Below are positions 28,701 through 37,010 of a stretch of DNA of 64,000 nt, in pieces. The notes beneath the pieces were generated by a model. It saw only the letters and a program-made list of their open reading frames with translations, made no database searches and was not told the origin of the DNA. Made by a program: the position numbers and the translations under genes. Source of the stretch: Pirellulales bacterium (lineage in GTDB: Bacteria > Planctomycetota > Planctomycetia > Pirellulales > JAICIG01); contig JBBDYJ010000035.1 in the NCBI GenBank assembly GCA_040901675.1, positions 32,001-96,000 of the forward strand. Direction: 5' to 3'. Numbering within the stretch: the first letter of the stretch is position 1; each line of letters begins with the position of its first letter.

Positions 28701-30024
28701 GGTAGCCGAAGCACACCAGCAGTCCCTGCTCGTTACACTGCACGACCGTCCCGCCGAACCGATGTGCCGCCTGCTCGCAGGCCTGCTGGAAGGCCCGCAG
28801 CACCCTGGCCTGGTCCTCCGCGTCGAGGCCCTCCAGGTACGGCTCGGACTTGAACAGGTCGCAGCCACAGACGAGGACGGTCACCTGGCGACGCTCGGCC
28901 TCACGCGCCCGCCGTTGCGACGGGGGTGTTACCGGCGCGGCCGCCGCCGGAGGCGGGACCGGACCGGGTGTTGCAGGGCCGGTCAGCTCAGGGGCCGGGG
29001 CCACCCGGCGCAGGTCCGCGGCGAAGTCCGCGGCGGTGGTGTAGCGGTCCTGCTGCCGCTTCGCCAGCGCCTTGAGGCACGCCCGTTCCAGGTCGGGCGG
29101 GATATCGCCGACGAGCTGTCGGGGGGGCTGCGGCTCGTCGTCACGCACCTGCCGCAAGAGTTCCTGACGATGGGTCGCCCGGAAGGGCACGCGCCCTGTG
29201 AGCATTTCGTAAAGCACCACGCCCAGGCTGTAGATGTCGGTGCGGCCGTCGATACGGTGGGCCGTGCCGGTGGCCTGCTCCGGCGACATGTACCACGGCG
29301 TGCCGGCGACGATGCCTTTGGCGCCGCCGCCCGCTCGGGTCTCATCGAGGGCCAGGCCGAAGTCCACGAGGACCGGCGCGAGGTCGGCGGTGAGGAGGAT
29401 GTTGGCCGGCTTCACGTCGCGGTGGATGATGAGCCGGGCGTGCGCGTAGGCCAGGGCGTCCGCCACGGCGGCAGCGACCAAGGCCACCTCGGGCCAGCTC
29501 GGGCGGTGGCCCAGCAGCCAGCGGCCGAGGTCGGGGCCGTCGAGGTAATCGGAGACGAGGTAAAACTGCCCCTCGTGCACGCCTACGTCGTGGACCGCCA
29601 CGATGCCGGGGTGGCGCAATTGGGCGAGCCGCCTCGCCTCGTGCAGGGCCTGTTCGTCCTCGGCCTGCGCCGGGCTAGCTCCGGCGCGGAGCACTTTGAT
29701 GGCCACGGACCGGTTGAGTTGAGTATCGTGGCCGAGGTAGACGGCACCGAAGCCGCCCGCCCCCAGGGTGCACCGCACCTGATATCGGCCGAAGGCAGCA
29801 GGTGGGGCCGGGACGCTCCCGGGCGGCGCGGTCGTGCCGACATCCGGACCTGTCCCGAGCCCCGGAAGCAACGTCCTGACCTGCACGTCGATGAGTTGGA
29901 ATTCCTGCCACCGCTGCCGGACTTCCGGCAGCAGCTCGGCGCAGTCGCGGCACACCTCCTCCGGCGTCCTCCCGGAGTTGAGCATCTCCTCGAGCAGCCC
30001 GAGCACCTGGGGGGTTGCTGGCAA
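25762..30024 (-). CDS. Ser/Thr protein kinase fused to a degenerate class III cyclase domain, STAND-type AAA ATPase and TPR-like repeats
   Basis: LGAGGFG, VAIK, HRDVKPAN, DFG, GTPWYMSPE; ERRQVTVL..FGYP cyclase fold; GEPGLGKS and VVEDLHW; helical C-terminus with WELRATMSLARLW; TTG start after GAGGAGG. Confidence 0.93.
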   Translation of the reverse strand: MPATPQVLGLLEEMLNSGRTPEEVCRDCAELLPEVRQRWQEFQLIDVQVRTLLPGLGTGPDVGTTAPPGSVPAPPAAFGRYQVRCTLGAGGFGAVYLGHDTQLNRSVAIKVLRAGASPAQAEDEQALHEARRLAQLRHPGIVAVHDVGVHEGQFYLVSDYLDGPDLGRWLLGHRPSWPEVALVAAAVADALAYAHARLIIHRDVKPANILLTADLAPVLVDFGLALDETRAGGGAKGIVAGTPWYMSPEQATGTAHRIDGRTDIYSLGVVLYEMLTGRVPFRATHRQELLRQVRDDEPQPPRQLVGDIPPDLERACLKALAKRQQDRYTTAADFAADLRRVAPAPELTGPATPGPVPPPAAAAPVTPPSQRRAREAERRQVTVLVCGCDLFKSEPYLEGLDAEDQARVLRAFQQACEQAAHRFGGTVVQCNEQGLLVCFGYPVAYEDGARRAAQAGLGILADVKALGEPLRREHKLELDPWVGLHTGQAVVEAGEDGVSLVGEARNVAVRLEDAAAPGQVICSEATHRLIRGQFTCASLGRGKIKGVAQPVELFHVQGLGEARNAVEAAGPAGLTPLTGRDHEVSLLKDRWEQAQEGMGQVVLLIGEPGLGKSRLVYTMKQHVLGQMVEGEVDAPVIEWRCSPHFQNTGLYPAIDFYERALAFGREEPPPVRFDRLLHRLEQYGLARPETVPLWAALLSLPTPDRFPPLALSPVRQREETFRALLEWLHTRAARRPVLFVVEDLHWVDASTLEFLGQFLAEGLHDSILTVLTFRPEFKTPWPAVAHQTSLALNRLTRRQVGDLMRQKTGAAVPEALVERVYDRTGGVPLFVEEFTQLVQESGALGQAGEDSPSTQPLLAHAIPATLQDLVMARLDRMEGDREVAQLAATLGRELSYELLAAVATLDEKALDGELAKLVQAEILYPKGRPPRCTYIFKHALLEDALYNALVKAKRQQFHRRIAEVLEARFPQTVETQPELLAHHFTEAGLTEKGIDYWLKAGRRSQQRSANAEAIGHLTKGLSLVGALAESPERDALELQFLNPLGTAYLASRGYAAPEVGPVFRRARELCERVGKPKQRFAIRWGTWIHNMVRADFRLCMDQSAEALEFAERLNDPGMRREALWMSGATRVFRADFAGTRASLETALTIDVDSEQSRSWAGITGQYAAVTSHGNLAAALWHLGYPDRAQNFAREARELSHQLAHPFSLGFALHCLGWVLHHCRLGAELRACAEDQIRIAAEQGFAWWHAMGLLYKAGAIVLEGRPEEALPLLLKGLDAYRATSSEMALPHYLSMLVDAHTQAGRFGDARKALDEALGFAEKNDDRFQEADLHRLKGELVLAESPDQTAAEECFQRAIETARRQQSKGWELRATMSLARLWQRQGRRAEGHAALAAVYGTYIEGFTTPDLVDAAAQLNGLA

Positions 30025-30038
30025 TGGGCGGTCCCTCC

Positions 30039-30680
30039 TCAAGGTGTTGGCGTGTCACCTGACGGCGTGGGTTCGCAGGACGTGGCCGGACGAAGGTCAG
30101 CCAGCCGCTCCGCCAGCAGGAGCCGGGCCCGGTTCAGTCGCCGCTGCACCGTTTTCTCGGAAACTCCGACCACCACCGCCACCTCGGCATGAGTCAAGCC
30201 CTGAATGCCGACTAGGTCGAAGACCTCCCTCTCGTCCTCGGGGAGCCCCTCAATCACGTCCAGCATGCGTCGGCCGTCCGGGCCGAGGCCGGAGGCGGTG
30301 CTGGCTGGCGGGGCCGCAACGCCGGCTTCCGTCAGCGCCGCGGCGGCGGGCTGTTCATCCAGGCGGCGGGCCAGGTCATTGAGCTGCCAGCGCATGTGCT
30401 GGTTGGCCAGCCCGAAGAACCGGCGCACGGTCGGGGGGCGGGTCGTCCGCAGGGCCGTGAGCAGCCCGGCCACGACGCCCCCGAGCAGCTCATCCGTCTC
30501 CAGGTTCACGGGCGGCCGTGTGAGCCGCGGGTAGCTTTTGTACAGGAACGTGGCACATAATAGGCGCAATCGGCCGGCCGCCCGTTCCAACAGCTCCCGA
30601 ACGATCGGCTCGGCGGCGGCGTCCCCAGGCAGGGCGTCCAGGTATCGTTGGATGATGACGGTGGTCGGTGCTTCGTCCAT
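30039..30680 (-). CDS. ECF-type sigma-70 factor (kinase-associated)
   Basis: Region 4 LPEDEREVFDL..GLTHAEVA..GVSEKTVQRRL.RAR; region 2 FFGLANQHMRWQLNDLARR. Confidence 0.9.
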   Translation of the reverse strand: MDEAPTTVIIQRYLDALPGDAAAEPIVRELLERAAGRLRLLCATFLYKSYPRLTRPPVNLETDELLGGVVAGLLTALRTTRPPTVRRFFGLANQHMRWQLNDLARRLDEQPAAAALTEAGVAAPPASTASGLGPDGRRMLDVIEGLPEDEREVFDLVGIQGLTHAEVAVVVGVSEKTVQRRLNRARLLLAERLADLRPATSCEPTPSGDTPTP

Positions 30681-30858
30681 GGCCAAGGGCACCCGAAGAA
30701 CAAGGCGGCTACGGCCATTTTATTGTCCACCCGCCCCTCCCAGGAAGAGTGCGAGACGAGAATCCTGAACGGACCCGGTCGAATCGGGTAGGTGCATCGT
30801 CCTTGTCGCCGAACTGCATCAGAGGCGGTGAAACGCACAACTTACTGGAGGAACGACC

Positions 30859-31284
30859 ATGTTTCGGGCACTGCTCTTGCTTGCGGCTGGTATCGGTGTC
30901 GCTGCCGGCGGGATGAAAGCGTCTCACCACCACGACGACGGTGAGAAGGTTAAGGTCCTCTCGGCCACCGACATCACGGAGAAGCTGGACGGAAAGGAGG
31001 CGATGGCGACAGTCGTGGAAGTGACGATCGAGCCCGGGCAAGCAGGCGTCCCGCACCGCCACCCCGGGTCGGCGATCGGGTACGTGGTGGAAGGCGAGTA
31101 CGAACTGGGAATCGACGACCAGCCGACCAAGGTGATCAAGGCGGGCGAGACGTTCCACGAACCGACCGGCTGCCTGCACCGGGTGTCGAGGAACCCGGGC
31201 AAGGTGAAGACCCGCCTCATCGCGGTGGTGCTGCACCCGCGGGACGCGACGGAGATCGCTGTCCCCGAATCGAGGAAGGACTGA
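30859..31284 (+). CDS. Cupin domain protein with signal peptide
   Basis: PHRHPG..YVVEG and GETFHEP..LH cupin motifs; GGAGG RBS. Confidence 0.9.
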   Translation: MFRALLLLAAGIGVAAGGMKASHHHDDGEKVKVLSATDITEKLDGKEAMATVVEVTIEPGQAGVPHRHPGSAIGYVVEGEYELGIDDQPTKVIKAGETFHEPTGCLHRVSRNPGKVKTRLIAVVLHPRDATEIAVPESRKD

Positions 31285-31349
31285 CGTTATACGTGGTGGA
31301 GATCGATTAGGAACGTTAATTCGGACCGTTCTGAACCAGGAGAATTGCC

Positions 31350-32111
31350 ATGAAGATCGTCGTAATCGGCGGCAGCGGGCTGATCGGAAGAAAGGTAGTG
31401 CAGATCCTTCGTCAGCAAGACCATGAGGTGGTGCCGGCGTCTCCTTCGTCGGGCGTCAACACGCTGACCGGCGAGGGACTCGCTGAAGCTCTGGCTGGCG
31501 CTCAGGTGGTCGTTGACGTGGCGAACGCGCCGTCGTGGGAGGACCGGGCGGTGCTGACGTTCTTCGAGACGTCGGGACGCAATCTCCTGGCCGCGGAAGC
31601 GGCCACCGGCGTCGGGCACCACGTGGCCCTGTCGGTCGTGGGTACGGATCGTCTCTTGGCGAGCGGATATTTTCGCGCGAAGATGGCCCAGGAAAGCCTG
31701 ATCAAGTCGTCCTCGATTCCCTATTCGATCGTCCGCGCTACGCAGTTCTTCGAGTTCGTGGGCGCCCTCGCCCAATCGGCGACCGACGGGCCATCGGTTC
31801 GATTGCCGCCCGCACTGATGCAGCCCGTCGCGGCGGATGACGTAGCCGCCGTGATGGCCGCCGTCGCCGTTGAGAAGCCGCTCAATCGCACGATCGAACT
31901 GGCGGGTCCGGAGCCGATCCGCATGGACGAACTGGTCCGGCGGTACTTGAGCGCGAACCGAGACGCACGCACGGTGACCACGGACGCCCACGCCCTCTAC
32001 TTCGGCACGGAGCTGAACGACCGAAGCCTCACCCCGGGCGAGAACCCGCGCCTCGGCCCGACACGCTTTGAGAACTGGCTGTCTTCCCAGTCGATGGCGG
32101 TGGCCCACTGA
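31350..32111 (+). CDS. NAD(P)-binding atypical SDR (NmrA-like)
   Basis: KIVVIGGSGLIG, YFRAKMAQE, RATQFFEF. Confidence 0.9.
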   Translation: MKIVVIGGSGLIGRKVVQILRQQDHEVVPASPSSGVNTLTGEGLAEALAGAQVVVDVANAPSWEDRAVLTFFETSGRNLLAAEAATGVGHHVALSVVGTDRLLASGYFRAKMAQESLIKSSSIPYSIVRATQFFEFVGALAQSATDGPSVRLPPALMQPVAADDVAAVMAAVAVEKPLNRTIELAGPEPIRMDELVRRYLSANRDARTVTTDAHALYFGTELNDRSLTPGENPRLGPTRFENWLSSQSMAVAH

Positions 32112-32193
32112 GGCCCGCAAAATCGCTCGGCCTCCGGCACGAAGGATTCAATGGCCGTCTTGTAGCATCACGTTCGCTTTGGAGGACTCAATC

Positions 32194-32970
32194 ATGACCG
32201 AGCAGCGCCTTGCGGGAAAAGTGGCCCTCGTTACGGGTAGCAGTCGGGGAATCGGCCGCGCGATCGTCCTTCGCTTCGCGCGAGAGGGAGCGGACGTCGC
32301 CATCAACTACAGTCGCGATGAAGCGGCAGCGGGTGATGTTCTCGCGGAGGTCGAGGCGAGTGGACGCCGAGGCTTCCTCATCAAAGCCAATCTCGCCAAC
32401 GTTTCAGAAACACGAGCGATGGTCAACGAGGTTGTGTCGCGATTCGATCGACTCGACATCCTCGTCAACAATGCCGGCATCGAGAAGAAGGCGCCCTTTT
32501 GGGAGGTGACCGAGAAGGATTACGACCAGGTGATGGACGTCAATCTCAAGGGCGTGTTCTTCGCTTCGCAGGCCATGGTCCAGCAACTGCGACAGACTAA
32601 GCGGCCAGGGAGAATCATCAACATCAGCTCTGTTCACGAAGACCTTCCATTCCCCGGTTTTGCTTCGTACTGCGCGAGCAAAGGGGGCGTCCGCATGCTC
32701 ACCCGCAATTTGGCCGTGGAGCTCGGGCCGCTTGGAATTACAGTCAACGCAATCGCCCCCGGGGCAATTGCCACGCCGATCAATGCCGACCTGCTCAACA
32801 ATCCGGCGCAACTTGACGCCTTGATCGGACAGATCCCTCTCGGTCGGCTCGGCAAGCCAGAGGACGTTGCGGGCTTGGCCGCGTTCCTTGCTTCGACTGA
32901 CGCGAGCTACGTCACCGGCGCAACGTACTTCGTCGATGGCGGACTGACGTGGCACTACGAAGAACAATAA
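32194..32970 (+). CDS. SDR oxidoreductase (glucose 1-dehydrogenase-like)
   Basis: TGSSRGIG, NNAG, SSVHE, YCASK, PGAIATPIN. Confidence 0.92.
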   Translation: MTEQRLAGKVALVTGSSRGIGRAIVLRFAREGADVAINYSRDEAAAGDVLAEVEASGRRGFLIKANLANVSETRAMVNEVVSRFDRLDILVNNAGIEKKAPFWEVTEKDYDQVMDVNLKGVFFASQAMVQQLRQTKRPGRIINISSVHEDLPFPGFASYCASKGGVRMLTRNLAVELGPLGITVNAIAPGAIATPINADLLNNPAQLDALIGQIPLGRLGKPEDVAGLAAFLASTDASYVTGATYFVDGGLTWHYEEQ

Positions 32971-32979
32971 TTGGACACT

Positions 32980-35775
32980 ATGGCAAGTCAACCGAAGCAC
33001 AACGCAGAATCCCGCCGCCTGGAGGAAGCCGCTAGGCGCGAGAAAAACTGGCAGCGGTGGGGACCCTACCTCGCGGAGCGCCAATGGGGCACCGTGCGCG
33101 AGGACTACTCCGAGGATGGCGAGGCATGGGAATACTTCTCGCACGACCAGGCCCGCAGCCGCGCCTACCGCTGGGGCGAAGACGGATTGATGGGTATTTG
33201 CGATCGCGAATGCCGGCTTAGCTTCGCCCTCGCGCTGTGGAACGGCCGGGATCCCATCCTCAAGGAGCGGCTCTTCGGCCTCACTGGCCCCGAGGGCAAT
33301 CATGGCGAAGACGTGAAGGAGTGTTACTATTATCTCGACTCCACGCCCACTCACTCGTACATGAAAGCCCTGTACAAGTACCCCCACGGCGAGTTTCCCT
33401 ACGCACGGCTCGTGGATGAGAATCGGCGGCGCACCAAAACCGATCCGGAGTTCGACCTCGTCGATGCTGGGGCGTTCGATGAGGATCGCTATTTCGACGT
33501 CTTCGCCGAGTACGCTAAGGCGTCGCCCAACGACGTGCTCATTCGCCTCACGGTCGCCAATCGCGGACAGGAACCGGCAACAATCCACGTGCTCCCGACA
33601 TTGTGGTTCCGCAACACCTGGTCTTGGGGCTGCACTCACGAGGGCTGCGAGGTAAAGCCGCGGCTGGAAGCCGCCGGGCCCGCCGCCATTGTCGCCCGGC
33701 ACGTCACTCTTGGAGAGTTTCGGTTGGACATCGATCAGGCCGCCGACGGCACGCCTCCCGAGCTGGTGTTTACGGAGAATGAAACCAACTCACGCCGCGT
33801 TTTCGGCTTCGATGATGGAAATCGCCATGTGAAGGACGCGTTTCATCACGCCGTGATTCACGGCGACGCCGGGGCGGTCAACGCTCGGCGGTTCGGCACA
33901 AAGGCCGCGTCAATCCACCGCCTGACGGTTCGGGCGGGCTCGCAGACCGTCGTACGGCTCCGGCTCACGGCCGTCGACGATGCGACGAGCGAACCCTTCG
34001 CGGACTTCGACGAAGTCTTTGCGACACGCATCGCTGAGGCTGACTCCTTCTACGCCGAACGCATCCCTGCCGCAGGCGGTGAAGCGGCGTCGAACGTGTC
34101 TCGCCAGGCTTACGCTGGGCTGTTGTGGAGCAAGCAGTTTTATCACTACGTGGTGAAGGACTGGCTCGCCGGCGACGCCGATCAACCACCGCCGCCGCCA
34201 AGCCGACGCGTTGGTAGGAACCACGACTGGCCCCACTTGTTCAATCGCGACGTCATCTCAATGCCTGACAAGTGGGAGTACCCGTGGTACGCCGCGTGGG
34301 ACCTCGCGTTCCACATGATTCCGATGGCGACTGTCGACCCTGAGTTTGCCAAGCGGCAATTGGAACTATTCTTGCGAGAATGGTACCTCCACCCGAACGG
34401 ACAAATGCCGGCCTACGAGTGGGCGCTTTCGGATGTCAATCCGCCCGTTCACGCATGGGCTTGTTGGCGCGTATATAAGATGACCGCTCCGCGCGGCAAG
34501 CGAGACGTTGCCTTCCTCAAACGCGTGTTTACCAAGTTGCTGCTGAACTTCACCTGGTGGGTTAATCGCAAGGATGTCGCGGGCAATCATCTGTTCTCCG
34601 GCGGGTTCCTTGGGCTCGATAATATCGGCGTCTTCGACCGCTCGAAGCCGTTGCCCGGCGGCGGCCGCCTTGAACAAGCCGACGGCACCGCGTGGATGGC
34701 TTTTTATGCCGCAACGATGCTCGCAATGGCACTGGAGCTGGCCCAGTACGATGACACCTATGAAGACATCGCGTCCAAGTTCTTCGAGCATTTTGTGCAC
34801 ATTGCGGATGCGATGAATACCCTCGGCGGCATGGGCCTGTGGCACGAAGGCGACGGTTTTTACTATGACCAACTCAAGGTCGACGATAGGGCTGTGCCGA
34901 TGGGAATCCGCTCGATCGTGGGAATTATCCCACTATTTGCAGTCGAGGTGCTGGAGCAGGCTGACATCGATCGCCTGCCAGGCTTCCGCAAGCGGATGGA
35001 GTGGTTCCTCAAGCACCGGCCCGATCTGGGACGGCATATCGCTTACTGCGATCGCTCGCATCACGCGAAGAAAGACGATGAGCGCGACGGTCAGGCCGCT
35101 GGCCACCGTCTTCTGGCGATCCCGTCGCGGGAGCGGCTGGAACGAGTGCTACGATATCTCTTGGACGAAAGCGAATTCTTATCGCCACACGGCATTCGGG
35201 CGTTGTCGCGCTTTCATCGCGACCGCCCCTTCGTGCTGTGGGCCGATGGCCAAGAACACCGCGTTGCCTATACGCCCGGCGAGTCCACATCCGGCTTATT
35301 TGGCGGGAATTCCAATTGGCGAGGTCCGATCTGGTTCCCCGTGAACTACCTCGTCATCGAGGCCCTGGAACGGTATCACCACTTCTACGGCGACGAAGTG
35401 CGCGTGGAGTGCCCGACTGGATCTGGCCAGCACATGAATCTTTTTGAAGCGTCACAAGAGCTGCGCCTCCGTCTTGCAAAGTTATTCGTGCCCGACGACT
35501 CAGGCCGTCGCGCCTGCCACGGCAACGACCAGCGATACGCCATCGACCCGCACTGGCGCGATCTGCCGCTGTTCTACGAGTATTTTCACGGCGACACGGG
35601 CCGTGGCGTTGGCGCAAGCCATCAAACCGGATGGACTGCGCTTGTCTCAACAATTCTTCGTGACCTTCGCTCGAAATTGGGAGGCACTCCACAGGTAGAA
35701 GCCATCGACATGCTTCCGTCCCGGAATCGCCCGGATTCCCCGCCCCAGACCCTGCCCGCCGGCGTAGAATGTTGA
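32980..35775 (+). CDS. GH63-like (MGH1-like) glycoside hydrolase
   Basis: WGPYLAERQWGTVREDYS, MPDKWEYPWYAAWDLAFH, NSNWRGPIW, EYFHGDTGRGVGASHQTGWT. Confidence 0.92.
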   Translation: MASQPKHNAESRRLEEAARREKNWQRWGPYLAERQWGTVREDYSEDGEAWEYFSHDQARSRAYRWGEDGLMGICDRECRLSFALALWNGRDPILKERLFGLTGPEGNHGEDVKECYYYLDSTPTHSYMKALYKYPHGEFPYARLVDENRRRTKTDPEFDLVDAGAFDEDRYFDVFAEYAKASPNDVLIRLTVANRGQEPATIHVLPTLWFRNTWSWGCTHEGCEVKPRLEAAGPAAIVARHVTLGEFRLDIDQAADGTPPELVFTENETNSRRVFGFDDGNRHVKDAFHHAVIHGDAGAVNARRFGTKAASIHRLTVRAGSQTVVRLRLTAVDDATSEPFADFDEVFATRIAEADSFYAERIPAAGGEAASNVSRQAYAGLLWSKQFYHYVVKDWLAGDADQPPPPPSRRVGRNHDWPHLFNRDVISMPDKWEYPWYAAWDLAFHMIPMATVDPEFAKRQLELFLREWYLHPNGQMPAYEWALSDVNPPVHAWACWRVYKMTAPRGKRDVAFLKRVFTKLLLNFTWWVNRKDVAGNHLFSGGFLGLDNIGVFDRSKPLPGGGRLEQADGTAWMAFYAATMLAMALELAQYDDTYEDIASKFFEHFVHIADAMNTLGGMGLWHEGDGFYYDQLKVDDRAVPMGIRSIVGIIPLFAVEVLEQADIDRLPGFRKRMEWFLKHRPDLGRHIAYCDRSHHAKKDDERDGQAAGHRLLAIPSRERLERVLRYLLDESEFLSPHGIRALSRFHRDRPFVLWADGQEHRVAYTPGESTSGLFGGNSNWRGPIWFPVNYLVIEALERYHHFYGDEVRVECPTGSGQHMNLFEASQELRLRLAKLFVPDDSGRRACHGNDQRYAIDPHWRDLPLFYEYFHGDTGRGVGASHQTGWTALVSTILRDLRSKLGGTPQVEAIDMLPSRNRPDSPPQTLPAGVEC

Positions 35776-35778
35776 AGT

Positions 35779-35814
35779 TACCTGCTCGTGGAGGCCCTGG
35801 AACGCTATCCACCT
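35779..35814 (+). pseudogene. Short remnant of a second GH63-like gene
   Basis: YLLVEALERY, versus YLVIEALERY at 35347 in the upstream gene. Confidence 0.5.
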
Positions 35815-35922
35815 CGAATGCCGGCAACGCCCCACCGCGCAATCGTGATATCTCCTTCTGGTTCCAGGTCGGGAGCTTCGCGTTCGGACGATGGCGGCCC
35901 ACTGCGAGGTTTTCTTAAAGGC

Positions 35923-36321
35923 CTATTTGGCGTTGGCTTGCGAGCGCCGCCGCGCACTTTCGCGGATCATTGCGGTCAGGTCCTCAGCCGGGCGAATCTC
36001 GAATGGCCCCACCTTGACGCCGGGGTGCTTCGACATCAACTGGATGGCGTGGTTCAGGTCCCTGGCTTCGAGGACTAGGATTCCGCCCAACACCTCTTTC
36101 GTCTCGGCATACGGCCCATCGGTGATGGAGACCTTGCCGTCCTTCCACCGCAAGGTGACGGCGCTGCGAGCGCTTTGGAGCGCTTCGCCGCCAACGAAGT
36201 GACCGTCCTTACGCAGCAGGTCGTCGTAGGCGAAACACTCGTCCATCAAGGCGTTCTGCTCGCTTTCGGACGCCGTTTCCCACTTCTTCTCATCCAAGTA
36301 TCCAAGGCATACGTATTTCAT
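35923..36321 (-). CDS. YciI/DGPF family protein
   Basis: [20 protein letters not shown]. Confidence 0.92.
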   Translation of the reverse strand: MKYVCLGYLDEKKWETASESEQNALMDECFAYDDLLRKDGHFVGGEALQSARSAVTLRWKDGKVSITDGPYAETKEVLGGILVLEARDLNHAIQLMSKHPGVKVGPFEIRPAEDLTAMIRESARRRSQANAK

Positions 36322-36357
36322 GGTTTCCTCCGGCCAAGTTGGCTCTTATACCAATTA

Positions 36358-36384
36358 GTCGTTCGGCCGCCCCCGAAATCGACA
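36358..36384 (-). promoter_or_regulatory. ECF42-type promoter upstream of the DGPF gene
   Basis: TGTCGA-N17-CGAC, matching the TGTCGA / CG(A/T)C consensus described for ECF42 targets (DGPF genes). Confidence 0.65.
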
Positions 36385-36479
36385 ACGGGCCCGCAAGAAT
36401 CTCTAATTTGCCGTTTCAGTCGGCAGTTCGGCAAGCCGAGGAAGTGATCCTGCTCGGTCAAGCTCATGCCCAATGTGAC

Positions 36480-36947
36480 TTAGCCTTGTCCCCCGAACGC
36501 CGCCTGCACGCGCTTCTGCATCTCCTCCGGCGCGACGTCTTCCTTGTGGGTGGCCACCCACCACAGATGCCCGAAAGGATCTTCGAGCTGGCCGGAGCGA
36601 TCCCCGTAAAACTGATCCATCACGGGCTTGCGCTCCTTGGCCCCGGCGGCCAGCGCATGCTTGAAAAACGCGTCGACGTCCTCGACATAGAGATGGATGC
36701 TGACGGGCGAGCCGCCCAGCGTTGGCGGCGCCTTGCCGCCGAACTCCGGGAACTCATCCGACAGCATGACCAGGGAATCGCCCAGACGGATTTCCGCATG
36801 GCCGAGACGTCCGTCAGGCATCAGCAATTTGTAGCTCTCGGTCGCTCCGAACGCCTTCTTGTAGAACTCCAGCGCCCGGACGGCATCTTTGATGGCCAGG
36901 TACGGCGTCACGGTGTGGTGCCCGGCAGGGATGGCCTTTGCACTCAT
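36480..36947 (-). CDS. VOC/glyoxalase family (PhnB-like) protein
   Basis: VTPYL, FYKKAFGA, HAEIRLGDS, QFYGDRSG.LEDPFGHLW. Confidence 0.93.
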   Translation of the reverse strand: MSAKAIPAGHHTVTPYLAIKDAVRALEFYKKAFGATESYKLLMPDGRLGHAEIRLGDSLVMLSDEFPEFGGKAPPTLGGSPVSIHLYVEDVDAFFKHALAAGAKERKPVMDQFYGDRSGQLEDPFGHLWWVATHKEDVAPEEMQKRVQAAFGGQG

Positions 36948-37010
36948 GGGTGTCTCCTTTCTTGAGGTTTAGTTCACTCGCTTGTTGCAACCTCCCGCCG
37001 CCTTTAAACC

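Noticed and set aside
30724..30750. TGTCC-based promoter for the ECF target cupin (a similar TGTCC lies near 42438)
   Set aside because: The -10 parts of the two sites do not agree; too weak to call
36993..37003. TCCCGCCGCCT matching the tmRNA 3' end as an attR site
   Set aside because: Only 11 bp of GC-rich sequence, expected by chance; no integrase nearby
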